This document shows positions 20,707-31,806 of a stretch of 64,000 bases of DNA, piece after piece. The position numbers and the translations under genes were made by a program. Under the pieces are notes generated by a model. That model worked only from the letters and a program-made list of their open reading frames with translations, ran no database searches and had not been told where the DNA came from. Each line of letters opens with the position of its first letter. Within the stretch, counting starts at the first letter, position 1. The stretch comes from Paracoccaceae bacterium (GTDB taxonomy: Bacteria > Pseudomonadota > Alphaproteobacteria > Rhodobacterales > Rhodobacteraceae), in NCBI GenBank assembly GCA_021648225.1, contig JAKITE010000002.1, positions 5,391 through 69,390 on the forward strand, read 5' to 3'.

Positions 20707-21729
20707 CTATTTCATTAATTCTTTGGCCTGCTTTACCCATTCATCCCGTGTAATTCGCCCCTTGAAGCTGACAAGGTTTTCATCTGCCCAAGCAATTTCC
20801 TTGGCACTCCAGTTTGCGATCTGGTCAAAATGAAACACCCCCGCCCCGTTTAATTCTTTTTCCAGTTTCGGACCAACACCGCTGATTTTTTTCAAATCAT
20901 CGGCGCCGCCATCACGCGGCTTGCTTAACAATACCGGCTTATCCGCATCTGCTGTTGCCACCACAGGTTCGGCGGGCTTTTTTACAGCGGCCTTTTCAGG
21001 TTTTGCCTTGGCTTTTGGTTTTGGTTTCGGGCGTGTCAAAACCGGAACCTCGTCCCCCTGAATACGTTTAACCGTATCCCCCAGCGCAACCGCAATCCCG
21101 ACCGAGCCGTTGAATTCTTCGCCGGTAAAATCTTTTAATGTGGTCAATCCGCCCAGCGGCTCACAAGAAAAACGCCCGTTTTGTGAGCCGGGTTTTGGCA
21201 CGTCGCCACGGGCAAAACCGGCCAATATCTTACGAAAGCTATCGGCAGTCAGGTCCTCGTAATAATCCTTGCCGATCTGGGCCATGGGGGCATTGGCACA
21301 AGCCCCGAGGCATTCGACCTCTTCCCAGCTAAAATTACCGTCCGCAGAAATTTCATGGGGGTTCGGCGCAATGACTTCGCGGCATATCCCGATCAGGTCT
21401 TCAGCGCCGCAAATCATACAGGTTGTGGTACCGCAAACCTGCACATGGGCAATCGCACCCACGGGCTGCAACTGGAACATGAAATAGAAACTGGCAACTT
21501 CCAGCACGCGGATTTCAGCCATGCCAAGCATATTGGCCACATGTTCAATGGCAGGCTGGCTTACCCAGCCTTCTTGTTCCTGTGCGCGCCAAAGCAGCGG
21601 AATAACCGCGCTGGCCTGACGGCCCTCGGGGTATTTGGTGATCTGGCCCTCGGCCCATGCCAGATTGGCTGGGGTAAAGGCAAAGCTTTCAGGCTGGATG
21701 GCGTGTAAACGGCGTAGCATTACCGGCAA
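20707..21729 (-). CDS. nuoE: NADH-quinone oxidoreductase subunit E with Lys/Pro linker and C-terminal HhH extension
   Basis: 340 aa. The thioredoxin-like 2Fe-2S core carries [11 protein letters not shown] and CLGACANAP. It is followed by a [18 protein letters not shown] linker and a [11 protein letters not shown] HhH module. Confidence 0.9.
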   Translation of the reverse strand: MPVMLRRLHAIQPESFAFTPANLAWAEGQITKYPEGRQASAVIPLLWRAQEQEGWVSQPAIEHVANMLGMAEIRVLEVASFYFMFQLQPVGAIAHVQVCGTTTCMICGAEDLIGICREVIAPNPHEISADGNFSWEEVECLGACANAPMAQIGKDYYEDLTADSFRKILAGFARGDVPKPGSQNGRFSCEPLGGLTTLKDFTGEEFNGSVGIAVALGDTVKRIQGDEVPVLTRPKPKPKAKAKPEKAAVKKPAEPVVATADADKPVLLSKPRDGGADDLKKISGVGPKLEKELNGAGVFHFDQIANWSAKEIAWADENLVSFKGRITRDEWVKQAKELMK

Positions 21730-22970
21730 TTCCCCGCAGTAAGAGTAACAACATCACGGCTTGGGGGCAGTGTAATGACCCCTTCCGCTTCTAATTCGGT
21801 GATCAGGCCAAAGGCCGCATTCTGGTCCAGCCCGTCAACCGGCAGCAAGCTGCTGAATTCACCGGCAGTCATGGTGCAGTTATTGCCACGTAATACCTCG
21901 ATAAAGATATCACGAGGTTCCATCGGGCCGCTGCCAACCGCAACACATAGCGGCGCAAGTATCTGCAAGGTCTGGCCGCCATCGGGCGAGGATGCCCGCC
22001 CGTCATTCATCATGCGCGAAGCAATGCCCATGGCCAGATTATAATCCATACCGGCAGCATCGGTCATATCACGCGCATTGGCCTGCGTGATTTCACACGC
22101 ATTTGCCGCTACCATCCTCAAAAACTGTGCTTCCGGATCATCGGAGGTCTCTGGCGTTGCGACAACAACTTCAGGCGCATCACTGCCAGCTTCAACCGGG
22201 GTTGCCGCCATGGCCAAATCCGTGCAATCAGGGCTGGTGATGATCAAGGTTGTATTGTCTTCGGAATAATAGCCCAAACCAGCCTCAACCAGTTCGTCAG
22301 CAACAAGATAGACGTCTTCCATCATCAGTCCGCTTGCGGGAAACAGTTGACGCGCATCTATTTCGGTCAACCTGCAATCATTTTGCGCCATAACCGACAT
22401 GAAAACCCCCTCAAGGCTACCATTATTTTCAACCGGAGCCGGGCTTTCGCTGGCAACAGGGGTGCAATAATCAGCGTTAATGGTCAGAGACATCCGGTCT
22501 TCCGATACCATAGCAATCCCCAAATCCATCAGCTCGTCAGCCATTTGGTCGCCGGTCCGGGCAGACATGCCATTCTCGGGAAGGGTCGTTTTCATTTGTT
22601 CCTCGGTCATCCGGCACCCCAGTGGTGCCAGAATTCCAATAAACAGTGCTTGATCCGCCGTTAGTTCAATATTCCGCGTTGCTTGGCTATTAATATCGCA
22701 ACTGCCATCAATGATTCTAAGGATTTCGGATTCAAATGCGACAACCCCTTGGTCGATCAGCGCTGTGGCTATTTCGCGGGTCAGGGATTTGTCAAAACCG
22801 TTCGCCGGAAAAATAATTTCAGCCTCGGCTTCGGTCATGGAACAGCCGTTATCGGCAATAAGATCAAGAAAAGCAGAAACCTGCATCGGGTCAGCATCTT
22901 GCGCAGCAGCCGGCTGCACCAGAAATATGCCCAGGCCGGCAATAAAAGCTTTTACAATTTTCATCATCAC
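21720..22970 (-). CDS. Secreted protein built of five ~50-residue Cys-pair modules, embedded between nuoD and nuoE
   Basis: 416 aa with a signal peptide ([25 protein letters not shown]). The ten Cys sit at 43/91, 119/169, 199/249, 292/342 and 365/415, so spacing within each pair is 48-50 residues. Each module has a C-x-(M/L/I)T(E/Q) motif. The ORF overlaps the nuoE start by 10 nt. Confidence 0.7.
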   Translation of the reverse strand: MMMKIVKAFIAGLGIFLVQPAAAQDADPMQVSAFLDLIADNGCSMTEAEAEIIFPANGFDKSLTREIATALIDQGVVAFESEILRIIDGSCDINSQATRNIELTADQALFIGILAPLGCRMTEEQMKTTLPENGMSARTGDQMADELMDLGIAMVSEDRMSLTINADYCTPVASESPAPVENNGSLEGVFMSVMAQNDCRLTEIDARQLFPASGLMMEDVYLVADELVEAGLGYYSEDNTTLIITSPDCTDLAMAATPVEAGSDAPEVVVATPETSDDPEAQFLRMVAANACEITQANARDMTDAAGMDYNLAMGIASRMMNDGRASSPDGGQTLQILAPLCVAVGSGPMEPRDIFIEVLRGNNCTMTAGEFSSLLPVDGLDQNAAFGLITELEAEGVITLPPSRDVVTLTAGNCR

Positions 22971-22986
22971 ACCCTTTCAAAACAGC

Positions 22987-24201
22987 TCAGCGATCAATTT
23001 CCCCGAACACCACATCCATAGAGCCTATCAACGCAGCAATATCTGCCAATTGATGGCCCTTGCCCATGAAATCCATCGCCGCCAGATGGGCATAGCCCGG
23101 CGCGCGGATTTTGACTTTGTAAGGCATATTGGTGCCATTCGCGATCAGATAGACACCAAATTCGCCTTTGGGGGCCTCCACCGCCACATAAACCTCGCCT
23201 TCGGGCACATGGAACCCTTCGGAATATAGTTTGAAATGATGGATCAATGCCTCCATCGAGGTTTTCATATCGCCGCGTTTAGGCGGTGTCAGCTTGCCCC
23301 GCGCCAGCACATCCTGGCCTTTGCATTCATTCAACTTTTCAATGGCTTGCAGAATGATTTTTACGCTTTCGCGCATTTCGGCCATACGCATTAAATAGCG
23401 ATCATAACAATCACCATTGGTGCCAACCGGAATTTGGAAATCGAATTCATCGTAACATTCATAAGGCTGATTGCGGCGCAAATCCCATGCAATACCGCTG
23501 GAACGCAGCATCACCCCCGTCAAGGCGTAATCCAGCGCGTCTTGCGGTTTCAAAATGCCGATATCGACATTACGTTGCTTGAATATCCGGTTTTCGGTCA
23601 GCAGGCTGGCCATGTCATCAAGGGTTGCCGGAAATTGCTCGGCCCAAATCGCGATATCATCCACCAGCTTTTGCGGCAGGTCCTGATGCACGCCGCCGGG
23701 GCGAAAATAATTGGCGTGCATGCGCGCCCCGCAAGCCCGTTCACAAAAAATCATCAGCGATTCGCGCTGATCAAACCCCCAAAGATTGGGTGTCAGCGCG
23801 CCAACATCCATGCCCTGCGAACCGACATTCATCAGGTGATTCATAATCCGGCCAATTTCGCTGAACAGCACACGAATAAGCGAAGCACGGCGCGGAATTT
23901 CGGTTTTGGTCAGCTTTTCAATCGCCAGACACCAGGCATGTTCCTGATTCATCGGCGCGACATAATCAAGCCGGTCAAAATACGGCAGGCTTTGCAGATA
24001 GGTCCGGCTTTCCATCAGTTTTTCGGTGCCGCGATGCAACAGGCCGACATGCGGGTCGGCGCGCTCGACAATTTCGCCGTCCAGTTCCAGCACCATGCGC
24101 AAAACGCCGTGGGCGCTGGGGTGTTGCGGGCCAAAATTGATATTGAAATTGCGGATTTTATGTTTGCCGGTCAGGGCATCGCCGTTGGAACCGTCCATCA
24201 T
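22987..24201 (-). CDS. nuoD: NADH-quinone oxidoreductase subunit D (49-kDa)
   Basis: 404 aa with the [13 protein letters not shown] motif and a C-terminal DVVFGEIDR. Confidence 0.93.
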   Translation of the reverse strand: MMDGSNGDALTGKHKIRNFNINFGPQHPSAHGVLRMVLELDGEIVERADPHVGLLHRGTEKLMESRTYLQSLPYFDRLDYVAPMNQEHAWCLAIEKLTKTEIPRRASLIRVLFSEIGRIMNHLMNVGSQGMDVGALTPNLWGFDQRESLMIFCERACGARMHANYFRPGGVHQDLPQKLVDDIAIWAEQFPATLDDMASLLTENRIFKQRNVDIGILKPQDALDYALTGVMLRSSGIAWDLRRNQPYECYDEFDFQIPVGTNGDCYDRYLMRMAEMRESVKIILQAIEKLNECKGQDVLARGKLTPPKRGDMKTSMEALIHHFKLYSEGFHVPEGEVYVAVEAPKGEFGVYLIANGTNMPYKVKIRAPGYAHLAAMDFMGKGHQLADIAALIGSMDVVFGEIDR

Positions 24202-24803
24202 TTTACGTCTCCCTTTTCATCACCGGGCAGGATATATTCCGCACCCTCCCACGGAGACATGAAATCAAACTGGCGATATTCCTGGGTCAGGGATACCGGT
24301 TCGTATACACAACGCTTTTCAACCTCGTCATAGCGCATTTCCACATAACCCGTGGTCGGGAAATCTTTACGCAGCGGGTGGCCGGTAAAGCCATAATCGG
24401 TCAGCAAACGGCGCAGATCCGGATGGCCGGAAAACCGGATGCCATACATATCAAACACTTCGCGCTCAAACCAGTTTGCCGAGGGGTGGATATCGGTAAT
24501 GGTAGGGGCGTTTTCATTTTCAGACAGGTCCGCCTTGATCCGCACCCGCTGGTTCAGCACCATCGACAGGAAATGATAAACCAGCTCGAACCGCTTTTCA
24601 CGCTCGGGGTAATCCACGGCAGTAATGTCGATCATCATGGTAAACTGGCAAGAGGCATTGGTGCGCAGAAATTCCACAAAACCGGGAATGCTGGCAGGGA
24701 TAATCCAAATCACCAATTCGCCGTTGACCACCTCAAAACGGCGCACCGCGTTGGTTTGCTTGGCCTCGATCAGATTGCCGAGTTCGTTAAGCGCTTCTGA
24801 CAT
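24198..24803 (-). CDS. nuoC: NADH-quinone oxidoreductase subunit C (30-kDa)
   Basis: 201 aa with the ERExxDMxGIxFxGHPDLRR-type motif ([22 protein letters not shown]). It overlaps nuoD by 4 nt. Confidence 0.92.
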   Translation of the reverse strand: MSEALNELGNLIEAKQTNAVRRFEVVNGELVIWIIPASIPGFVEFLRTNASCQFTMMIDITAVDYPEREKRFELVYHFLSMVLNQRVRIKADLSENENAPTITDIHPSANWFEREVFDMYGIRFSGHPDLRRLLTDYGFTGHPLRKDFPTTGYVEMRYDEVEKRCVYEPVSLTQEYRQFDFMSPWEGAEYILPGDEKGDVK

Positions 24804-24809
24804 ATCTTT

Positions 24810-25699
<890 letters not shown>

Positions 25700-26148
25700 A
25701 TTAGCATTCCTTCACAGTCTTGCGCCCAAAATGTTGCAGCGCATAAGAGTCGCAACAGGTTTACCCCCCGCCACTGGGCAGGTCAACCGAACAAGCGTGC
25801 AATTACACATATTCACCTTTCCTGAATTGACCTGAATCAAGCTGGAATTATGGAAAATTAGCGAGGCAAGGTTAACAAGCTGACAAAGCCGGTTTTATCT
25901 TGGCATTCGCGTGATCAAGCCCCGAACGCCACCTTTGCAAATCCGGCATTTATTTCAATTCCCGACAGGTATTCATGTGCCGGATAAGTAAAACAATGGG
26001 TTTTTGACCGAAAACCGGCTAAAATTGTAACATTCATAAAGCAACCGTTATCTCACCGGCTTGTGAATAGCAGTTGATTGGAACTCTGTTTAGCAATTGT
26101 AACGTCCACTGTGACAATGTTTCAATATACCAAAAAGGGAAATAAAAA

Positions 26149-26457
26149 ATGTCTAACACTATTGTAAAAAGCCTTGTAATCGCGTCTTCGGTTGCGGCTG
26201 CTGTTGCCGCAAACACCGGCACGGTTGCTGCGCAAGCTTCGGAAAAATGCTATGGCATTGCGTTGGCTGGCGAAAACGACTGCGCGGCAGGCCCCGGCAC
26301 CACTTGTGCGGGCAGCTCAACCGTTGATTATCAGGGCAATGCCTGGTCGATGGTGCCTGCGGGCACCTGCGAAACCACCAAGGTTGAAGGTATGGATTCC
26401 ATGGGCAACGAACGCATGGGTTCGCTGGAAGCGCTGGAACGCGATGTTCCTGCATAA
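26149..26457 (+). CDS. bufA: DUF2282-type RiPP precursor (bufferin-like)
   Basis: 102 aa with a Sec signal peptide ending VAAQA/SE. The core is EKC-x10-C-x7-C-x20-C and contains [13 protein letters not shown] and DYQGNAW. An AAAGGGAAA RBS lies upstream. Confidence 0.8.
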   Translation: MSNTIVKSLVIASSVAAAVAANTGTVAAQASEKCYGIALAGENDCAAGPGTTCAGSSTVDYQGNAWSMVPAGTCETTKVEGMDSMGNERMGSLEALERDVPA

Positions 26458-26526
26458 TTTCAGGCCTGTATAAAATAACCGGGCCTGCCATTGGCGGGCC
26501 CGATCCCTTGCTTTGAAAGACCGAAA

Positions 26527-27378
26527 ATGAACAATTATGCCACCCAAAGCAGTATTCCCGCCCTGGCAGGCGTGGGCTATAAACCCCAGCACCTTGACGA
26601 TATCAATGCGGATGCGGGTAATGTAAAATGGCTTGAAATCCATGCCGAGAACTATATGGCCGATGGCGGGCCACCCATCGCCCAGCTGCGCCATTTACGC
26701 GACAGGTTTCCGGTTTCCTGCCACGGCGTCGGCCTGTCCATCGGTGGCGAACTGCCATTAAACAAAGACCATCTGTTGCGGCTGAAAAAGCTGATCGACT
26801 GGCTGCAACCCGGGTTGTTTTCCGAACATCTGGCATGGTCCACCCATGAGGCCGGTTTTTTGAATGACCTGTTGCCCTTGCCCTATAATACCGCAACCGT
26901 AAAACGGGTAGCAGACCATATTGACGAAGTGCAGGAATTTCTGGGCCGGCAAATGTTGCTGGAAAATCCGTCGGCTTATGTGGCGTTCAAATCGACAACC
27001 ATGGATGAAATCGATTTTTTGAACGAAATTGTCGCGCGCACCGGCTGCGGATTGCTGCTGGATGTCAACAATGTGTTTGTTTCAAGCACCAACCAGCAAT
27101 ACTCCCCCGAGGATTATATCGACCGTTTTCCGGTTGAACATATCGGCGAACTGCACCTTGGCGGCCATGCCGAAGATACGGATGATTACGGTGAAAAACT
27201 GTTGATCGACAGCCATGACAACCCCGTGGTTGATCCGGTCTGGAAATTGTTTGACCGGCTTTTGGCGCGCTCCGGCCCCAAACCCGCCTTGATAGAATGG
27301 GATAACGACATCCCCGACTGGCCGGTGCTGGAAAACGAAGCCGCACGGGCAACCGCAGCATTGGGTCGCGCAGCATGA
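26527..27378 (+). CDS. bufB: DUF692 / MNIO family (multinuclear non-haem iron oxidative) RiPP maturase
   Basis: About 283 aa from the ATG at 26527 (the ORF track starts at 26491). It carries the VGYKPQH N-terminus, EIHAENY, LHLGGH and IEWDND motifs typical of DUF692 TIM-barrel proteins. Confidence 0.8.
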   Translation: MNNYATQSSIPALAGVGYKPQHLDDINADAGNVKWLEIHAENYMADGGPPIAQLRHLRDRFPVSCHGVGLSIGGELPLNKDHLLRLKKLIDWLQPGLFSEHLAWSTHEAGFLNDLLPLPYNTATVKRVADHIDEVQEFLGRQMLLENPSAYVAFKSTTMDEIDFLNEIVARTGCGLLLDVNNVFVSSTNQQYSPEDYIDRFPVEHIGELHLGGHAEDTDDYGEKLLIDSHDNPVVDPVWKLFDRLLARSGPKPALIEWDNDIPDWPVLENEAARATAALGRAA

Positions 27379-28124
27379 CCCTGTCCGATTTTGCCCCTGC
27401 ATTATTAAACGTCAAACTTCCGGTTCCCGATGATCTGGTTGGCCCCAAAGGCCGCCCCGCAGGTCGGCGGTTTAATGTGTATCGCAATAATGTAGTGCAT
27501 TCCCTGTCCGAGGCTTTGGCAGCGGCCTATCCGGTTATTAAAAAACTGGTTGGCGATGAATTTTTCAAAGCCATGGCCAATGTTTTTGTGCGCCAGTTTC
27601 CGCCCTCCAGCCCGATGATGTTTCAATTTGCAGCCGAATTTCCGGTGTTTCTGGAGAGCTTTCCACCGGTGGCCCACCTGCCCTATCTGCCCGATGTGGC
27701 GCGCCTTGAACGCGCAAGGCGGCAATCCTATAATGCCGCTGACGCGAACCCGATTGATGGCGCGGTTCTGGCGATTGCCAGCCCCGAACAGTTGATGGGC
27801 GCGCAGCTTGGCTTGCACCCGAGCATGCGGGTTGTGATTTCAAAATATCCAATTCTGACCATTTGGGAAAACAACAATTCCGACAGTCAAAAACCGCTGC
27901 CAGGCGGCGGGCAGGATGTTTTGATCTGCCGCCCGAAAGACACGCTCGAGATGCGAATTCTACCCAAAGGCGGTGCTGGATTTTTGCGGGCATTGTTTGA
28001 AAACAAAACCTTGGCCAAGGCCAATGAAACGGCCGAGCAAACCAACGGGTTTGACCTGACACAAAACATAAGCGGCCTGCTGGCGGCGCAATTATTAATA
28101 AAAACAACATTAAAAGGGACTTGA
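27375..28124 (+). CDS. bufC: DUF2063 partner protein of the MNIO enzyme
   Basis: 249 aa. An ATGA overlap couples it to the upstream gene. It has the FNVYRNNV and GDEFF motifs typical of DUF2063. Confidence 0.75.
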   Translation: MTLSDFAPALLNVKLPVPDDLVGPKGRPAGRRFNVYRNNVVHSLSEALAAAYPVIKKLVGDEFFKAMANVFVRQFPPSSPMMFQFAAEFPVFLESFPPVAHLPYLPDVARLERARRQSYNAADANPIDGAVLAIASPEQLMGAQLGLHPSMRVVISKYPILTIWENNNSDSQKPLPGGGQDVLICRPKDTLEMRILPKGGAGFLRALFENKTLAKANETAEQTNGFDLTQNISGLLAAQLLIKTTLKGT

Positions 28125-28126
28125 AA

Positions 28127-28663
28127 ATGCGTGCATTAATCGGATTACATAACGGGGTTTTCTCTGCGATATCAACGCTTACCGGCCCATGGCTGTTACC
28201 AACACTGATGCGGTTTACATTCGCTGCCACCTTGTTGCAATATTTCTGGAACTCGGCCCAGACCAAACTGGATGGCGGGCTGTTTTCGCTTAGCTTCGGT
28301 GCCTATGCACAGGTATTACCGCGCAAATATGAATCGCTGGGTTACGACCCGAGCCTGTTAAGCTTTTTCGACAAAGCCGTTGTTTTTGCAGGCACATATG
28401 CAGAATTTATCCTGCCTGCGCTAATTGTGATCGGCTTGTTTACGCGGCTTGCCTCGATCGGCATGATCGGCTTTATCGCGGTGCTGACCTATGTGGATAT
28501 ATACGGCCATATGGCGGATCCGGTGACCATCGGCACATGGTTTGATCGTATTCAGGATAGCCAGATCATGGATCAACGGCTGTTCTGGATTGTGGTTTTG
28601 ATCACGCTTGTTGTCAAAGGCGCGGGGCCGGTCTCGGTTGACCGGTTGATCAAGCTCAAGTGA
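28127..28663 (+). CDS. DoxX family membrane protein (fourth gene of the bufferin-type operon)
   Basis: About 178 aa with 4 TM helices. The start is either the ATG at 28127 or the TTG at 28121, which overlaps the upstream stop. Confidence 0.7.
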   Translation: MRALIGLHNGVFSAISTLTGPWLLPTLMRFTFAATLLQYFWNSAQTKLDGGLFSLSFGAYAQVLPRKYESLGYDPSLLSFFDKAVVFAGTYAEFILPALIVIGLFTRLASIGMIGFIAVLTYVDIYGHMADPVTIGTWFDRIQDSQIMDQRLFWIVVLITLVVKGAGPVSVDRLIKLK

Positions 28664-28684
28664 CGGTGGGTGTGGGCGCCCGCC

Positions 28685-29125
28685 CTACAGCTCGTCACTT
28701 AACAACACATTGCTTTCTACCTCCCCGACCCCGGGGAGGGTCATGATACGACGCCGCAATATACGTTCAAAATCCGACAGATCCCGTGCCACGACTTTTA
28801 GACGATAATCATATACCCCCAGCACATGTTGCACCAGTTGCACCTCGGGAATGGCGCAAACCGCCCGTTCAAAATCCTCCAGCCCGACACGGCCTTTGGC
28901 GGCCAGTTTCACCCCCAGATAAACCACCACATCAAAGCCCAGCTTAAACCGGTCCAGCACGATCTGCCGCCCAAGGATAATCCCCGCATCCTCCAACCGT
29001 TTGACCCGCCGCCAAGCACTGGGCTGGGTCAAACCGGTCAACTTGCCAAGCGCAGCCGCGCTTAACCCGCCATCCTGTTGCAATGCCCGCAAAATCGCGC
29101 GGTCGGTATCATCCAGATCAATCAT
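28685..29125 (-). CDS. Lrp/AsnC family transcriptional regulator
   Basis: 146 aa with an N-terminal HTH (DDTDRAILRALQQDGGLS) and a C-terminal RAM-type domain. Confidence 0.85.
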   Translation of the reverse strand: MIDLDDTDRAILRALQQDGGLSAAALGKLTGLTQPSAWRRVKRLEDAGIILGRQIVLDRFKLGFDVVVYLGVKLAAKGRVGLEDFERAVCAIPEVQLVQHVLGVYDYRLKVVARDLSDFERILRRRIMTLPGVGEVESNVLLSDEL

Positions 29126-29580
29126 ATCGGCAATGCCTCGCTGTTTTTGACCTCGGCCACCAGCATCAGCGATTCGACCTCCGACATATGGGGCAGCGCC
29201 AATATACGTTCACGGTAAATCTGCTGATAATGGGCCAGATCACGGGCCCGCACATCCATGCGAATATCCACCCGCCCAAGCAGGGTTTGAATGGCGTGGA
29301 CCTCGGGGATTTGACGCGCGGCGGCGATAAATTCATCAAAAGCATTGCTGCGGGTTTTATCCAGCGTTATGCGTAAAAACACCTCTACCGCCAACCCGAG
29401 CGCACGGTGATTGATAATAACCGCCCGCCCTTTGATCACGCCGGCAGATTCAAGCCGCGCCAGCCGCCGCGCACAAGGGCTGACCGACATGCCGGCTTGT
29501 AATGCCAGCTCTGCCATGGGCATCACAGCATTGCCTTGCAAAAGCCGTAAAATCTTTCGGTCTGTGCTGTCAATTTGCAT
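29122..29580 (-). CDS. Lrp/AsnC family transcriptional regulator
   Basis: 152 aa with the DSTDRKILRLLQGNAVMP HTH. It overlaps the downstream paralogue by 4 nt and is divergent from ilvC. Confidence 0.85.
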   Translation of the reverse strand: MQIDSTDRKILRLLQGNAVMPMAELALQAGMSVSPCARRLARLESAGVIKGRAVIINHRALGLAVEVFLRITLDKTRSNAFDEFIAAARQIPEVHAIQTLLGRVDIRMDVRARDLAHYQQIYRERILALPHMSEVESLMLVAEVKNSEALPI

Positions 29581-29648
29581 GATTTACCTGTATTTTTGAT
29601 CGAACGCGCATGAAACACCCCTTTACCAGCAAAATCCCCAAAAAGTAA

Positions 29649-30731
<1,083 letters not shown>

Positions 30732-30752
30732 TTTCTTAGTTGCAAAAATAAT

Positions 30753-30780
30753 CTGACGCGCCCCGTTTGGGGCGTGTCAG
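30753..30780. terminator. 12-bp GC-rich hairpin after ilvC (no U-tract on the + strand)
   Basis: CTGACGCGCCCC-gttt-GGGGCGTGTCAG. A T-run follows only on the minus-strand reading. Confidence 0.4.
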
Positions 30781-30798
30781 CAAGGAAAAGGAACACAG

Positions 30799-31440
30799 GT
30801 GTTTGACTATATAGACAACTACTGCGAACGCCTCGACCCGTCCTTCTGGGCCGAACCGCTGAATGCGTTTTCCAACCTGTCCTTCATCCTGTCGGGCCTG
30901 CTGGTTTTGCTGATGTTGAAAAATCGCCACATTCTTTCCAGCAAGCTTCTGGTCACGATATTATTAAGCATCGGTGTCGGGTCCTTTCTATTCCACACAT
31001 TCGCGCAAACATGGGCGGCCATCGCTGATGTTGTGCCGATATTGCTGTTTATTCTGGTATATATCTATTTTTCCACCCGTGTGTATTTGCAGCAATCCAG
31101 ATTAATCTCGGCCCTGTCGGTGCTTGGCTTTTTCCCTTTTGCCTTTGGCAGCTCGGCCGTGATCAGCGCGGTTTTTGGCCCCTTAAACGGTTCTACTTTA
31201 TATGTAAGCGTAGCGCTGCTTATCGGGCTTTATGCCTTGGCCATGATCCGCAAAAACCGCAAAACCGCCATTGGACTGGCAATCGGGGCGGCAACGCTTG
31301 GCGTTTCGATTGCGTTTCGCAGCATTGATCAGGCGCTTTGCCAAAGCATCCCGCAAGGCACACATTTTATGTGGCATATCCTGAATGGCCTCATGCTGGG
31401 CTGGATGATCCTGGTTTTGCACAATGCAACAAAAGCGTGA
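30799..31440 (+). CDS. Alkaline-ceramidase-like 7-TM membrane protein
   Basis: 213 aa with a GTG start. The N-terminal YCERLDPSFWAEPLNAFSNLSF resembles the ceramidase-family YCE...AEP.N..SN motif. The protein is polytopic. Confidence 0.55.
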   Translation: MFDYIDNYCERLDPSFWAEPLNAFSNLSFILSGLLVLLMLKNRHILSSKLLVTILLSIGVGSFLFHTFAQTWAAIADVVPILLFILVYIYFSTRVYLQQSRLISALSVLGFFPFAFGSSAVISAVFGPLNGSTLYVSVALLIGLYALAMIRKNRKTAIGLAIGAATLGVSIAFRSIDQALCQSIPQGTHFMWHILNGLMLGWMILVLHNATKA

Positions 31441-31515
31441 CAATCATTTGCTTGCGCCGATGCCTTGCCCGTTATAAAACCCCGCAAAACAGACGTTCAT
31501 AAATCAGGATTATCC

Positions 31516-31803
31516 ATGTCGATTGACATCAAAACCGCGAAAAAAGTCGCGCATCTGGCCCGTATCGAGGTTGCAGAATCCGCGCTGCAACCCCTCGCCG
31601 AAGAGCTTTCCAACATCCTGAATTTTATGGAACAGCTTAACGAGGTCGATATTTCAGGTGTTGAACCCATGACCTCGGTAACCCCTATGGCCCTGAAAAA
31701 ACGCTGTGATGTGGTTTCCGACGGCAATATCCAGGCCAAAATCCTGAAAAACGCCCCCGATACCCGCGAAGGTTTTTTCGCAGTGCCGAAAGTGGTGGAA
31801 TAG
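31516..31803 (+). CDS. gatC: Asp-tRNA(Asn)/Glu-tRNA(Gln) amidotransferase subunit C
   Basis: 95 aa from the internal ATG (MSIDIKTAKKVAHLARIEV). It lies directly upstream of gatA. Confidence 0.85.
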   Translation: MSIDIKTAKKVAHLARIEVAESALQPLAEELSNILNFMEQLNEVDISGVEPMTSVTPMALKKRCDVVSDGNIQAKILKNAPDTREGFFAVPKVVE

Positions 31804-31806
31804 AAC

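Noticed and set aside
23434-24333. 299-aa plus-strand ORF
   Set aside because: It is antisense to nuoD and nuoC, which have unambiguous motifs. It is a shadow frame.
25700-26148. Hidden gene or RNA in the 449-bp nuoA / RiPP divergent region
   Set aside because: It contains only very short ORFs without an RBS. I saw no tRNA-like or strongly structured element. It is most simply two divergent promoter regions.
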